A stretch of DNA of 64,000 nucleotides from Felis catus. Lineage: Eukaryota. The notes beneath the pieces were generated by a model. It saw nothing but the letters and a program-made list of their open reading frames with translations, made no database searches and was not told the origin of the DNA. The translations under genes were made by a program, and so were the position numbers. The stretch is from positions 224,504,001 through 224,568,000 of the forward strand of contig NC_058368.1 of the NCBI RefSeq assembly GCF_018350175.1. The letters are read 5' to 3'. Each line of letters opens with the position of its first letter. Positions within the stretch are counted from its first letter, which is position 1. Of this stretch, positions 26,574-40,361 are shown one piece after another.

Positions 26574-26963
26574 TTTTAATTTTATTTTTTATTTTTTTTA
26601 AATTTACACCCAAATTAGTTAGCATAGAGTAAAACAATGATTTCAGGAGTAGATTCCTTAATGCCCCTTACCCATTTAGCCCATTCCCCCTACCACAACC
26701 CCTCCATCAACCCTCTTTGTTCTCCATATTTATGACTCTCTTCTGTTTTGTCCCCCTCCCTGTTTTTATATTATTTTTGTTTCCTTCCCTTATGTTCATC
26801 TGTTTTGTCTCTTAAAGTCCTCATACAAGTGAAGTCATATGATTTTTGTCTTTCTCTAACTGACTAATTTCACTTAGCATAATACCCTCCAGTTCCATCC
26901 ATGTAGTTGCAAATGACAAGATTTCATTCTTTTTGATTGCTAAGTAATACTCCATTGTATGTA

Positions 26964-27023
<60 letters not shown>

Positions 27024-28484
27024 ATCTTCTCTATCCATTCATCAGTTGATGGACATTTGGGCTCTTTCCATACTTTGGCTATTGTTGATAGTGCGGCTAT
27101 AAACATGGGGGTGCATGTGTCCCTTCGAAACAGCACACCTGTATCCTGTGGATAAATGCCTAGTAGTGCAATTGCTGGGTCATAGAGTAGTTCTAGTTTT
27201 AGTTTTCTGAGGAACCTCCACACTGTTTTCCAGAGTGGCTGCACCAACTTGCATTCCCACCAACAATGCAAAAGAGATCCTCTTTCTCCACATCCTCACC
27301 AACATCTGTTGTTGTCTGAGTTGTTAACATTAGCCATTCTGACAGGTGTAAGGTGGTATCTCATTGTGGTTTTGATTTGTATTTTCCTGATGATGAGTGA
27401 TGTGGAGCATTTTTTCATGTGTCGGTTGGCCATCTGGATGTCTTCCTTGGAGAAGTGTCTATTCATGTCTTTTGCCCATTTCTTCACTGAATTATTTATC
27501 TTTTGAGTGTTGAGTTTGAGAAGTTCTTTATAGATTTTGGATACTAACCTTTTATCTGATATTTCATTTGCAAATATCTTCTCCCATTTTGTCAGTTGCC
27601 GTTTAGTTTTGCTGATTGTTTCCTTCGCTGTGCAGAAGCTTTGATTTTCATGAGGTCCCAGTAGTTCACTTTTGCTTTTGTTTCCCTTGCCTCTGGAGAT
27701 GTGTTGAGTAAGAAGTTGCTGAGGCCAAGATCAAAGAGGTTATTGCCTACTTTCTCCTCAAGGATTTTGATGGCTTCCTGTCCTACATTGAGGTCTTTCA
27801 TCCATTTTGAGTTTATTTTTGTGTATGGTGTAAGAAAGTGGTCCAAGTTCACTCTTCTGCATGTCGCTGTCCAGTGTTCCCAGCACCACTTGCTAAAGAG
27901 ACTGTCTTTATTCCATTGGATATTCTTTCCTGCTGTGTCAAAGATTAGTTGGCCATACGTTTGTGGTCCATTTCTGGGTTCTCTATTCTGTTGCATTGAT
28001 CTGAGTGTCTGTTCTTGTGCTATTACCATACTGTCTTGATGATTGCAACTTTGTAGTATAGCTTGAAGTCTGGGATTGTGAAGCCTACTACTTTGGTTTG
28101 CTTTTTCAAGATTGCTTTGGATATTTGGGGTCTTTTCCGGTTGCTCACAAATTTTAGGATTATTTGTTCTAGCTCTGTGAAGAATGCTGGTGTTACTTTG
28201 ATAGGGTTTGCATTGAATATGTAGATTGCTTTGAGTAGTATCGACATTTTAACAATATTTGGTGTATAGGAATGCAACTTATTTCTGTGCATTGATTTTA
28301 TATCCTGCCACTTTGCTGAATTCATGAATCAATTCTAGCAGTTTTTTGGTGAAATCTTTTGGGTTTTCCATATAGAGTGTCATGTCATCTGCAAAGAGTG
28401 AAAGTTTGACCTCCTCCTGGCCAATTTGGATGCCTTTTATTTCTTTGTGTCGTCTGATTGCAGAGGCTAAGACTTCCAATACTA
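26574..28484 (-). mobile_element. 5'-truncated carnivore LINE-1 (part of ORF2 RT, C-terminal domain, 3' UTR), non-functional
   Basis: Minus-strand ORFs give [55 protein letters not shown] and TCTPMFIAALSTIAKVWKEPKCPS. Poly-T at the left end. Imperfect TSD ttaatactttt/ttaaaactttt. Confidence 0.97.
26957..27020. repeat. Compound (TG)n(TA)n microsatellite within the L1
   Basis: Direct reading. Confidence 0.95.
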
Positions 28485-28599
28485 TTAAAACTTTTTAAAA
28501 TCAATTAGACTTACTATTGAATTTAAGTCTAAATATTTTAGAAATTCTTTATAATTTTGTAATAAAATCATTTATACGTACATGCATATATAAATTACC

Positions 28600-28966
28600 T
28601 ATATGATATATATAAGACAGACACAGAGACAGAGGAAGAGAGAGAGAAATTTATTGTAAATAATTGGTTCAAGAGGTTGTGGGTGCTGGTAAGTATGGGA
28701 ATTATAGGGCAGGCCCGTAGGCTGGAAACCCAGACAAGATTTCTATGGCAATTTTGAGGCAGAATTATTTCTTTGGAATTGACTTCACTAGTAAAGCCTT
28801 CAAATGATTGGATAAGTCCACTCATGTTATGGGGACTAACCTGACTTAAAGTCAGGGGATTATAAATGTTCATCCCATCTACAATTACTTTTATAGCAAA
28901 TCTAGGCTAGTGTCAACCAAATAACCATAGCCTACCCAAATTAACACAAGAAAATTAACCATAACA
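28600..28966 (-). mobile_element. MLT2-type ERVL LTR
   Basis: ggctggaaacccag, gccttcaaatgattggataagtccact, catagcctacccaaattaacaca...aaattaaccataaca. Homologous to 19225-19917. Confidence 0.82.
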
Positions 28967-29017
28967 GTAAAAAAATAAATGTGGTTGTTGGAAGCCACTG
29001 ACATTTGAAGTGAAGTG

Positions 29018-29178
29018 GTTTTTTTTGTTTGTTTGTTTTGATTTGTTTTGTTTTGTTTAAGTAGGGTTCGTGACCAGCATAGAGCCCAACGTAGGGCTTG
29101 AACTCATGACCATGAGACAAAGACCTGAGCTGAGATCAAGCATCAGACACTCAACTAACTGAGCCACCCAGGTGCCCC
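29018..29178 (-). mobile_element. Short older Can-SINE lacking the CT region
   Basis: T-rich tail, then agagcccaacgtagggcttgaactcatgacc...gagccacccaggtgcccc. Confidence 0.9.
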
Positions 29179-29559
29179 TGGAGTGAGTTTGAATAAAGCA
29201 TTATTTTGCAAGAGTAGCCTAATATCAATGTTTAGAATTATAATATGTAATATGTTTCTTCTATCTCTATGCTACTTAACACTGTTATTAAGAATGATAC
29301 CTGGATTTTGCCAAGCCCCCTTTAAGCATCTATTAATGGATCATGACTTTTTAAACCAATGCAATGATACGATTTGATGATATAATAATTTATTTTGATG
29401 ATTTTTCTAATATTGACTCTATCCTTCCATTAAAAAAATAGATTGTAATTATTCTGACTCAACCTGACATTTGGTAATAGCTTACTTAAAATTTGTATGT
29501 AAGATATATGAAAATTATTTTATTTTTTTTTTAGAATTATCTTCCCCCTTCCTATCTGT

Positions 29560-29930
29560 ACAAATGGATGATGTGTCCCTGCCCTTGTCCTGTGAATTTC
29601 AGTGCCTCTGGATAAGTAATGTGTATTTCATTGACCATGTCATCAGGCTTGGCCATGTGATTTGTTTGGCCCATCACATCTGAGTGGAAAAGTGCAAGCA
29701 AATTCTTTAAATGCAGTTGTGTGGTGCTCGCTGCTTCCTGGGCCATGAAAATAGCACTCCTCATGTAGTTACTGATATCTCAGTCTGAGTCCCTGACCTC
29801 AGTCCAATAGCCTGGAGAAGAGCCACGATCAACACAGCTCTCGTGCAACACAAGCAAGAAAGAAATCTGTGATGTTGTAAGTCACTAAGATTTTAGGTTT
29901 ATTTGTTATGCAGCAAAGCTGGCTAACACA
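29560..29930 (+). mobile_element. Old MaLR LTR (MLT1I/J-like)
   Basis: ggcttggccatgtgatttgtttggcc and 3' end gttgtaagtcactaagatttt...tttgttatgcagcaaagctggctaacaca. Confidence 0.72.
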
Positions 29931-30129
29931 GGATGAGGGTTTATGCCAATTATTTTTGGTCAATTTGAATATGAAGGCATTTAAAACATTTTCAAGTGAG
30001 TGTTCCGTCAGTGTTGTTATGAAGTATACTCCCCTTCATCGACTTTCCTAAAGATTGTAATTTCAGGAGTATTTCCTCAGGAGTTAAACATTACTAATGA
30101 CATGTTTCTCGTTTCAAGTAGTTCAAATT

Positions 30130-30600
30130 CTTATATCTTTATAATTTATTTCTAAGGTTATTGAACTTATGGCAATGGTTATAGCCTTTGAAATATGTAC
30201 TTAAAAAGAAACTTTAAGACTTCCCCTAGAGCCAAGTACATGATCGATTTTGTAAATGTTCCTCAGACACCAATAAAATATATACATATTCAATATTCAT
30301 AGAATGCAAAATAAGATATTTATGTTTGAGTGGAGTTTATTACAGTATTCAGTTCCTATATGTTCTCATTTATTTATTTCTGTTAGACCTTTCTAATTCT
30401 GAAAAAGATATATTACATGCCTTAAGTATAATTCTATTTTTATTAAGTTATCCCTGCATTTCTAATAGATTGGGCTTTATGTTTGGAATGCTAAGTGGGT
30501 TTGGTGCTTACAGTTTTATGAGGAATGTGTCCTTCAAATGAATTGTCTTTTATCATTATACAAAATGATCTTTTACCTTATTTAAGGGCTTTTAACCTTA
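30130..30600 (-). mobile_element. Ancient L1 ORF2 endonuclease-region remnant
   Basis: tgatcgattttgtaaatgttcc, tttctaattctgaaaaagatatatta, tttggtgcttaca, tttatcattataca are typical of reverse L1M EN sequence. Confidence 0.6.
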
Positions 30601-31583
30601 AAAGAACATTTCATTTCCCCTTGCCTCAGCTCACCTATCACATCTAGTTTTCCTAAATGACGTTGTACTATTTATAGGTTATTTTTGTTTTATTCCATTT
30701 CTATATGAATACTTACATCAACAAATTTTGCATATCTTTGATAGTACAAAATTCCAAGCACACTGTCCCTGCACTAATTACATAATAAAATGTCATCCGT
30801 CACTACTTTTTCTTCTCCTTTAATTTTCTGTCCTCTTAAAGTATTTATTTTGAGTCCCTTTTACTTGTCTAGAGAATTTTCTGAAGTGTTTTCCTTACAC
30901 AAGATAACTAAACCTTAGAGTCTCTAGTTTTTCTTCCAACTCAACAAGTAAATGATATTTATCTGCCTATAAAATTCTATGATCCTTTTTCCCTAGTAAC
31001 TTACCCATATTATTGAACTATCAATTTTAGTATACTTCCTTGAAATATAAATAAATCATTCCAGCTATTTGGAAGCTTCAAATAAAAAAAAATACTTAAA
31101 ATTAAAAAAAAATCATGAGAGATTGTCATGTTATTCCTTTCCTCCACCAAGACACCAGTGCACGCACACACATGCACACACTCAATATCCATCCTTTCCT
31201 TTTTCTTGGGCATATGCCTGTTTAACTAGCATCTAGTCTTCTAGCTCTGCTAGTGACTAGACTGAGCCAAGTTTCTTACAATGGAACACGGGTGGCAAGT
31301 TGTGTTCAATCTCCATTCTATGTGCTTACAAAGAAAACGGTTTCCCTTGATTCCTTCTTTCCTCCACACGAGCTGGAACAGGGAGAGCGTGGCAGTCACG
31401 CTCATGAAGACAACTTCATTGAGGATGTTGTTAACCACCATACGGCAAAAACCAGCTTCCTGATTTATCTCAGGAAGCAGAATTCCCCTTACAGATTACA
31501 GTGGTGACACCGATAAGTTGATGAATAAACTACTGTGTCATTTAACTTCGCTTTGCTCGAGGGTGGGGAAGATGTCTTCCTCC

Positions 31584-33207
31584 TGATGGTTCTGAGTGGG
31601 GTCTATGGAACACTGAGGGTCCCAAAGATATGTTCAGAGTGTTTGTGAGGCCAAACCATTTTTCCGAATGATACTAAGATGCCACTTGTATTAAACAGTG
31701 GCATTTAAGAACGTGAGCACCAAACTGAACAGATTGGCATTGAACTGGTCACTGCTAAGCACTCACAAGGAGACAAAAAAAGGCCAAGTTCAGTTAAGAA
31801 TATCCTTGAGGAAACAGTACTAATTACTAATGCTCTCAAACTCTGACCTTTGTGTATAAGTCTTCTTAATGACTTATGACGTAATGACACAGAAAGTCTT
31901 CTTCTGTGAGAATACAGGAAATGTGCATGAAGCATTTCTACTTCATACTAATATAATCGTGACCTCCAGCAAAACCACTCACACAACTGTGTGAGCTGGC
32001 AGATGAACGAGATGCTCTTCCCATGGCACACTGTTTTCACTTGAGACAACGCCTGAAAGACAAACTCTGGTTATGAAACCTGAACCTTTGGCCAAAGAAA
32101 CAAGGGACTGTATTTACTGATGATAATAACATTTCAGTTTTCGGGGAAAATTATAATTTTGGAAAACGGGTGACCCCGGGGAGAACGGGCAGAGATAGTT
32201 CAAACATAAATGGATGTGTGTGTGTGTGTGTGTGTGTGTGAGTGTGTGCATGTTTTGATAGAGTACGATGAATGGTGTCACTATTTAGAAAATCTGCAGG
32301 TAAGAAGTATTTTCCAAATGATCAATGTGTGATGTTATAAATCTGTGCCTGGATAAAAGATCTATTCAAAGTGCATGATTGTGCAATGTAAAAGAGTACA
32401 AAAAGCTCATCGAGGGGTACCTGGGCGGCTCATTTGGTTAAGCGTCCCACTCAGGATTTCAGCTCAGGTCATGATCTCCAGGTCGTGAGTTCAAGCCCCA
32501 TATCCGGCTCCACACTGGGCATGGAACCTGTTTAAAATTTTCTCCCTTTCCCTCTCTCTCTCTCTCTCTCCTTCTCTCTCTCTCTTCCCCTCCCGAACAG
32601 AAAAGAAAAGAAGAACGGAAGAGAAAAGAAAAGAAGAGAAAAAGAAAATGTTCGTTGATACAGACTCAGATTCTACATAGAAACTAACCTTTAAGAAATT
32701 ATCACTCGTCAAATTGCGGTACAGTGACAAATAAAGGCTATCAACAATTGTTTGAAAAGGTTGAAAATACTCTCACCTTTCCGAATTCAATCTATGTGAA
32801 CTCAGATTTTTATTCGTGTACTTCAACCAAAATAATGTATGATAACAGATCAAATGTAGCAGCAGACAGGAAATCAGCTGTCTTCTGATAAGCCAGACAT
32901 TAAAGAGGTTTGCAAAAATGTGACATTACATTACTCTTCTCACTAACTTGTATTTTAGAAAAATATAGGGTTTTTTTTATTAAAGTATGTTTTTTATGAC
33001 ATGTACCTAATCTATTATTTTATTTTTAAATAAATTAATGAATCTGTTATTTCAAACCTCCATTTTATTTCCTAATAGAAGAAATATCCATAGACATAAA
33101 GCACATAAATAAACGTTCTTTCAGATCATTAACAGCATTGAAGAATGTAAAGTTTTCCTGAACCCTTAACCATTAGTTTGCTGAGGTCAGTAGTATGAGA
33201 ATTGCTG
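31584..33207 (+). mobile_element. hAT DNA transposon, Charlie1a-like deletion derivative with decayed transposase
   Basis: Degenerate TIRs (gatggttctga / tgagaattgctg). Internal matches to recalled Charlie1: ttaagaatatccttgaggaaacagta, agacaaactctggttat, aaatcagctgtcttctgataagccagacattaaagag. Confidence 0.85.
32414..32645 (+). mobile_element. Can-SINE nested in Charlie1, with (GAAAA)-type tail
   Basis: ggggtacctgggcggctca...caggtcatgatctc...(CT)n. Confidence 0.92.
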
Positions 33208-33562
33208 ACCTAACCTCCTAAACTTTACCAAAACTAACACAGAAAGTTTCCAGAGTATGTCTAAATGTGTTCCATTTTCCATTTATTAATCAGAGAAGTT
33301 AGTTTACCTATCCAAAATGGAGACTTACACCTGTCAGGGATTGTTTTCTTCTCCCCATTCGACTATTGCCACTCTATCATCTGTCCCCTGTTGTCCTTGC
33401 ACAAATCCTCTTATCCCTCATTAATTCCACACTTTTTTTTTGGGGGGGGGGGTTTACTTCTGATGATTTTACACTTGTTTGAACTCCACTTCATTTCAGT
33501 TTTTTTTTTTTTATCTAGTTACCTTGCTGGCTGTATGTTGACTGATGTATTTTAAAATTCGA

Positions 33563-33787
33563 GAGGTGCCTGGGTGGCTTGCTCGGTGAAGCGGCTGACT
33601 CTTGATTTCAGCTCAGGTCACGGTCTCACAGTCATGAGATTGAGCCCAGCGTCAAGCTCCTTGCTCAGCACGAGCCCGCTTCGGATTCTGTGTCTCCCTC
33701 TCTCTCTGCCCCTCCCCCACTCATGCTCTCTCTCTGTCTCCCTTTCTCTCTCTCTATCACAAAAATAAACATTAAAAAATTAATTAC
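33563..33787 (+). mobile_element. Can-SINE
   Basis: gaggtgcctgggtggct head, CT region, aaaataaacattaaaa tail. Short TSD aaaattc. Confidence 0.93.
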
Positions 33788-34260
33788 AAAATTCAAAAAA
33801 GAAAATGATTTGGGTTGAAGTTGTATATTTATATTCCAAAGGAAAGTCCTTACGTGTTTTTTTGAGTTTTAAGAACGTTAAGAGACACAACAGAATTTCC
33901 TAAGGCTCTAAGTTATGTCGAGGGAAGGTGCTGTACTTTTTCTCACCCAGGTGCCATCGAATTATGATCCTTGCCTCAGGCCTCTCTGCCTCGATGGTCC
34001 TAAGCTCAGGCAAATACAGCGTTGGAAGATATCAAGTTCTTGGTTTATTGTCGCCCCTGTCTGGCATGTGTGAAAAATCTGGGGCTATACACTTTCACTA
34101 CTGGCTCTTCCTCTGTCCAAGTCTTAGCCACTGCTTTGCTTGGGAGAATTCTACGTCCACATCTCTTTCCATAATACCGAAACTCCCAGAGGTCTCAAAT
34201 ACCAGAAGTCTTTAACAACAAAACCTGACCTAGTGAAAACATGGATGGGTCTGAGTGTAG

Positions 34261-34264
<4 letters not shown>

Positions 34265-34296
<32 letters not shown>

Positions 34297-34308
34297 CGTG
34301 TGTGTGTT
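34265..34308. repeat. (TG)n microsatellite
   Basis: Direct reading. Confidence 0.95.
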
Positions 34309-34894
34309 TGAAGACAGGGTAATGTTCCAATCGCCTCTCCATGGTCTGATGCAATGAAAATGATATGCACCGTATTGCTTTTGTAAAATTTGAAAATCTC
34401 AAAATTTTTAAACATACCTGATCCCATCTGATCCTGTGCTTCTGTCCTTGAAATTCTCCATATTCTGTTGTTCTTTGTGAAGTTTGGCTCCACGCTAGGG
34501 CCTTTGCTTTGTCATCACCCTCTTCACCCACACTTGATTGGAAAGTATATGCTTTCTTGCAAGTCTGAACGTTAAATATCCTTTGCTACTTAAAGCATCC
34601 ATTTGTATCATCAAGCCACATTTGTGCATCAAGCCACAACATCCCTCAGCACGTGGACTTCTCTATCAGGTTGTATTCGCGTCTACAAACTAGCACGCAT
34701 TGCCTTCTCCCTCAGCCAGTGATAACATTGCTCTCACCACCTTCAATCTCACCTCTAAGCCAATGGCATGGGTTTGAGGTTTTTATTCATGGCAAGGCTC
34801 TTCTTTCTGTACTAATTTTTGCAAAAGTACAGAGAGGCTTGGCTATTTTTCATTTCTATCCACACAATGTAGCTGTCACAAGCTGACAGGAGGA

Positions 34895-35167
34895 AGTCTT
34901 TACTCATTGTTGTTATTCAAGCAGTCAGGCTGAAGTGGCCGCCATCATCTTGAATATTACTGATTGCCAAGCCAGGAAAAAGAGGGGATGCCGAAAGGGC
35001 TCCCACCAGCTGAGTGATTAAATACTCCGGTCAGTTCACAGTGCAGTGGCCTGAATTAGTCACACGGCTCCACCAAAGCCCAAGGAGGCAGAGAAGCTCA
35101 ATGCAACATTTGCCCAGAATGGAGGCAACCAGAAATATTAGATGGAAAGTGTTAATGACCACCCAGA
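34895..35167 (-). mobile_element. Old MaLR LTR (MLT1L-like)
   Basis: caggctgaagtggccgccatcatcttgaata, tggcctgaattagtcacacggctccacc, agaaatatt...taatgaccac. Confidence 0.65.
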
Positions 35168-36589
35168 GTATAAGCCAAAGAAATCCTACAGATTCTGGAA
35201 GTCCGAGAATTGACGAGGAAGAACTTTTACCTATTGAGCTCACACAAGCATTTGTGAATTTGTAGACACACACAATCAGCATAATTATTTGATTATGCAC
35301 CATCTAAAAGTCATACTGCATAATAGATACTTACTAGATAATTTATGTAAAATATGATGACAAAGATAATATGATAAATCACCATCTTCATTTTGAATTG
35401 TTAGGTAAAAGTCTTTATTCACAACAAAACCTGTTCCAGCACCAAGGTGGGATTTTTTTTTTTCAAATTCATGCAATTTCTGCTAATGATATGGCTAGAT
35501 GCTGTGCAACATCTGTTGTTTACAAGTTCCAACTACCCATTGGGTCACTTGTAAATTCTCACACAGATTCTAAGCTATGCTATTAAGATTTAAGAGAATA
35601 AACGATTTAACTGAATAAGCCAATATTATTTTAATTAAAAAATGATATTATTCTTTATCTATAGTAAAGCTTAAATAATTAGCCTTCTCAAGAAAGCTTG
35701 CATTAAAGCAAACATTGCAACCACCACATTGGATCTCAAGTCGCATAATTAAACAAAGTCCTGAGCTTCAACTTGCAGCATATTAAATAAATCAAGGAAA
35801 GCACTTTTATTATTTTTATGTTGTAAATTTCCTTTGGAAAAGAAAAATCAAGCATCCTCATAATTTTATGAAGAATTTTATTTTGCGGGTTCTTAACATT
35901 TTTCCAAGCTCTTCCTCCCAAATGGTTTATTGATAATACAATCCAATAATATCTAAACCAGTTTCTATAAATGCCACTATATATGAATACGAAGTCCATC
36001 TACAGAATCAATAATTTGGCAGAACGTATATTATTTTCCTTCATCTAAGGGTACATTTATAAGGTACTTTTCTTAGAATTCTGGGAGAAAATGAATACAA
36101 TCAACATTATAAACATATAATCACATTCCATTATCTCCAAGGATATGACAGGAACATTGAGTTTTACATTTAAAATTACATACTAATTTAGAACTACTAT
36201 TAATAGGAATACTACTTTTCTGTCCATTGTTTTCTAAAGACAAAACCGATCTATTTCCAAAAGTATTTTCTAAATATAATCACATAATGTGATTGATGAA
36301 AAACGCCATTAACAAAATACTAAAATTAATATGCTAAGCAACCTTCCAAAAAAATCCTTCCATCGCTTTTCAAGTCTCCTTCGCACGAGCCAGACAAATC
36401 TTTACACAATTTGAGACCTGCTTGATTATGCAGGCTACCTTGTACCTGTTATGTGCTGTCTCTCAAGGACAATATTACTAGCCTTCATTCATTCTTCGGT
36501 ATTTTCCATGTTCAAGAGCATCAGCATATGCTGTTTCCTCTGCGTGAAACTTCCCCCACCCTGTTTGCCTAGTTAAATTTTAGTAGGCA

Positions 36590-37110
36590 ATTTACTGTTT
36601 TTGCATTTATTCACTTCCAGTTCTCTGGGTGACATGTTCCTGCAAATCCACAAGGAATCACCTGTCTACTTCATCCTCAGTCAATGTGGTTTGAGGAGGC
36701 GTGCGCCCCACTCCGCTGAGAAGTACTTGTCCCCGAAGTGACGAGTCCTCATCACTGCATCCCTCTAGTCTCTGCAAAGATTGTGGTGGGGATGGAAGCA
36801 TGACCCAAGTTGGTCCAATTAGAATGATTCCAGAAATGTTATAACTGCCTAGGACTCAGAACTATGATAATTACACTTGAGCTGCCAGGGGGTCATGAGA
36901 CAGAAGGATTGCCTGGGAAGGAAGCCAACATGAAAAAGAGCAGATGGAAGAAATGGAAATATTCAAACCTAATGGCCTGGTTTGGGCCCCAGATCCATGC
37001 AGCAGACCTTGTGTCATATTGTTCCCATCCCCTTATTTCCAGTGATTTCAAATGATATATAATATTATCACATTGTCTTTTAAAACTAATATATAGTTAT
37101 TTTGAAATGT
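36590..37110 (+). mobile_element. Old ERVL/MaLR LTR (LTR33 or MLT1K-like)
   Basis: gcatgacccaagttggtccaattaga, gaaggaagccaacatgaaaaagagcaga, tttgggccccagatcca. Confidence 0.55.
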
Positions 37111-37385
37111 TTGCTTAAAAATAAAGGTATACCATCACCCATAGAATTCTGATAGTCGTTGTTGTTTAGAATGGGGATTTTCTGGAATGGATTCTGCTCT
37201 GTAACTCTGACGTTTTCTTCAGGAAGTTCCAAGGGGACTTTTGGAATCATCTAGTTTTAATGGCTGTCAGAGCCATTCCAAACAGTCTTTACTGATAGCC
37301 CTGACAGGGTTCACATTGATAAAATATCCTTTCTCACATACCAACTGCCATTATAAGCAACTAACTATGGAAATTATATTTTTGG

Positions 37386-37609
37386 GGGGTGCCTGGATGG
37401 CTTAATGAGCTAAGCATCTGACTTCGGCTCAGGCCAGGATCTCGCGATTCGTGAGTTCGAGCCCTGCATCAGGAACGGTGCTGACAGACAGCTCAGAGCC
37501 TGGAGCCTGCTTTGGACTCTATGTCTCCCTCTCTCTCTTCCCCTCCCCCACTCGTGCTCTGTGTCTCTCTCTCTCTCTCTCTCGAAAATAAATAAAACAT
37601 TGAGAAAAG
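37386..37609 (+). mobile_element. Can-SINE
   Basis: Full SINE. TSD aaattatatt at 37371-37380 and 37611-37620. Confidence 0.94.
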
Positions 37610-37654
37610 AAAATTATATTCTTTTAAAAATTTTTTTCTAAATATATTGATTAT

Positions 37655-38051
37655 TTTTAAAGCTTTTATGTAAATTCCAGTTAGTTAACATATGTTGTAA
37701 TATTAGTTTCAGGTGTACAACATGGTGATTCAACACTTACATACAACACCCAATGCTCATCACAAGAAGTGCACTCCTCAACCCCCATCATTTATTTCAC
37801 CAATCTCCCCACCCACCTCCCCTCTGATAACCATCATTGGCTTTCTACAGTTAAGAGTCTGCTTCTTGGTTTGCCTCTCTCTTTCTTCCCTCCCTTTTCT
37901 GATATGTTTCATTTCTTAAAATCCATATATGAATGGAATCATATGGTGTTTGTCTTTCTCTGACTGGCATGTCGCTTGCATAATACCTACTAACTCCACC
38001 TATGTCATTGCAAATGGCAAGATTTATTCTTTTTTATGTCTGAGTAATATT

Positions 38052-38082
<31 letters not shown>

Positions 38083-39146
38083 ACACAACTGTGTCTTTGT
38101 CCTTTCGTCAGTAGATGGACACTCGAGCTGTTACCATTATTTGGCTATTGTAGATAATGCTGCTATAAACATCAGAGTGCATATACCCCTTTGAATTAGT
38201 TATTTTTGTATTCTTTGGGTAAATATATAATAGTGTGATTAGGGGATTATAGGGTAATTCTATTTTTAACTTTTTGAGGAATGTCTATACTGTTTTCCAC
38301 AGTGGCTATACAAGTTTACATTCCCACCAGCTATACAAGTGGGTTCCCCTGTCTCCATATCCTCACCAACATCTGTTGTTTCTTGTGTTGTTGATTTTAG
38401 TCATTCTGATGGGTGTGAGGTGATTGATATCTCATTGTAGTTTTGATTTGTATTTCCTGCTGATCAGTGATGATGGGTATTTCTTCATGTGTCTGTTGGC
38501 CATCTGTATGCTTTCTTTGGGAAAATATCTATTCATGTCTCCTGCCCATTTTTAACTGGTTTATTCATTTTTGGGGTGTTGAGTTGTATAAGTTCTTTTT
38601 ATATTTTGGATACTAACCTTTTATCATTTGAATTATGTCATTTGCAAATATCTTCTCCCATTCTATTGTTTGTCTTTTAGTTTTGTTGGTTGCTTCCTTT
38701 ACTGTGAAGAAGTTTTTTTTTTTTTTTATTTTGATGAAGTCCCAATAGTTTATTTCTGCTTTTGTTTACCTTGCTTCGGGAAACATATCTGGTAAGAAGC
38801 TGCTACTGTGAGAGCATCTGGATGGCTCAGTCAGTTAAGCATCTGATTCTCAATTTCGGCTCAGGTCATGATCTCAGTATTCTTGAAATCAAGTCCCACA
38901 TCAGGCTCTGAGTTGGCAGTGAGGAGCCCACCTGGAATTCTCTGCCTTCCTCTCTCTCTGTTCCTCCCCACTGTCACTGTCTCTGTCAAAATAAATAAGT
39001 AAACAATAAAAATAGAAGTTGCTATGGCAGATGTCAAAGACATTACTGCTTATATTCTTCTCTAGGATTTTTAGAGTTTCCTCTGTCACATTTGGATCTT
39101 TAATCCATTTTGAATTTACTTCTGTGTTAGTGTAAGACAGTGGTCC
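37655..39146 (-). mobile_element. Older carnivore LINE-1 3' fragment, interrupted by a SINE
   Basis: 3' UTR tattagtttcaggtgtacaacatggtgattcaaca. Body is collinear with the L1 at 26574-28484 (tcctcaccaacatctgttgt, ttttggatactaacctttt). Confidence 0.92.
38810..39013 (+). mobile_element. Can-SINE nested in L1
   Basis: SINE body. TSD agaagctgcta / agaagttgcta. Confidence 0.9.
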
Positions 39147-39898
39147 CATAGCAATTAGAATAAATTCTGTTTGTTGTTTGGTTCCATACTTTTCTGCCTC
39201 TCTCACCCCTGGTGATGATCTTCTATGATCTCCATGCTCCTTTGCATCATCTCATTTTTTACAGTGATGGTCACTTACCTCCCCTAAGGCTCTACATTCT
39301 GACAAATAGAAATATTAGAAATTTGCAATTTAAGTTTTTAAATGTTGGGCTTTTCAATCGGAAGCTTCATCAATTGGAAGGGAAAGAGGTTGTCATCCAC
39401 TATCTACAAGATGTCGACCACCATTCACTTATGACCTCAGAGTGTCCTCGTCTGATATTTCTATGGCTCTGCTGATAACACCACTCTGAGCCATTGCTGT
39501 GTCTGTGGCCAGCTATCCCATCCTTGTGAAATTTGATTCTGCTTAAAAACAGAACAAAAAGTACCATCATGCTCACAACCTGCATCATGCTTATAAAACA
39601 CACAGCTTATACCACATTCTGTGTAAAATAAATACACAAACATATTTCTTAAGCTGCAGCAATCTATTATTTTGTTCTTTGATTGTTTCACCCTACAAAT
39701 TTAAACAATTTCAAGAGCTGAAAAAAGCAAACCAGAAAACAATAAGCCTCAAGAAAGATAGCAATATTGTTAGTTTTAATGAAGTTAACACTTTTAATAA
39801 GTGCACTAGATCAGTTAAATCCTTTCAATTTCAGGTTATAGCACAAAGGCTCCCATTACGGCCCTTACATTGGATATGGTTAAAAATCTGGTATTCTC

Positions 39899-40134
39899 GG
39901 GGCGCCTGGGTGGCGCAGTCGGTTAAGCGTCCGACTTCAGCCAGGTCACGATCTCGCGGTCCGTGAGTTTGAGCCCCGCGTCGGGCTCTGGGCTGATGGC
40001 TCAGAGCCTGGAGCCTGTTTCCGATTCTGTGTCTCCCTCTCTCTCTGCCCCTCCCCCGTTCATGCTCTGTCTCTCTCTGTCCCAAAAATAAATAAAAAAA
40101 AGTTGAAAAAAAATTAAAAAAAAAATAAATAAAC
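39899..40134 (+). mobile_element. Young feline SINE (SINEC_Fc-type)
   Basis: CpG-intact, with diagnostic ggcgcagtcgg and cagccaggtcacgatctcgcggtccg. Perfect 17-bp TSD aaaaatctggtattctc at 39882-39898 and 40135-40151. Confidence 0.98.
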
Positions 40135-40182
40135 AAAAATCTGGTATTCTCTGTAGGAAAATAAGAATCTAAAATAAAGGCA

Positions 40183-40310
40183 GGTCACCTGGGTCACTCA
40201 GTTGGTTAAGCATCTGACTTGATCTCAGCTCTGGGCTGATAATGTGGAGCCTGCTTGTGATTGATTCTCTCTCCCTCTGTCTCTGCCCACCCCCGAATCA
40301 TGTGTTCATG

Positions 40311-40361
<51 letters not shown>

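Noticed and set aside
27020..28479. ORFs with RT (FADD) and L1 C-terminal motifs as a functional gene or novel RT system
   Set aside because: This is an ordinary 5'-truncated, frameshifted, internally deleted LINE-1.
39899..39980. tRNA gene (A and B boxes)
   Set aside because: tRNA-derived SINE head that continues into a CT region and polyA tail with TSDs.
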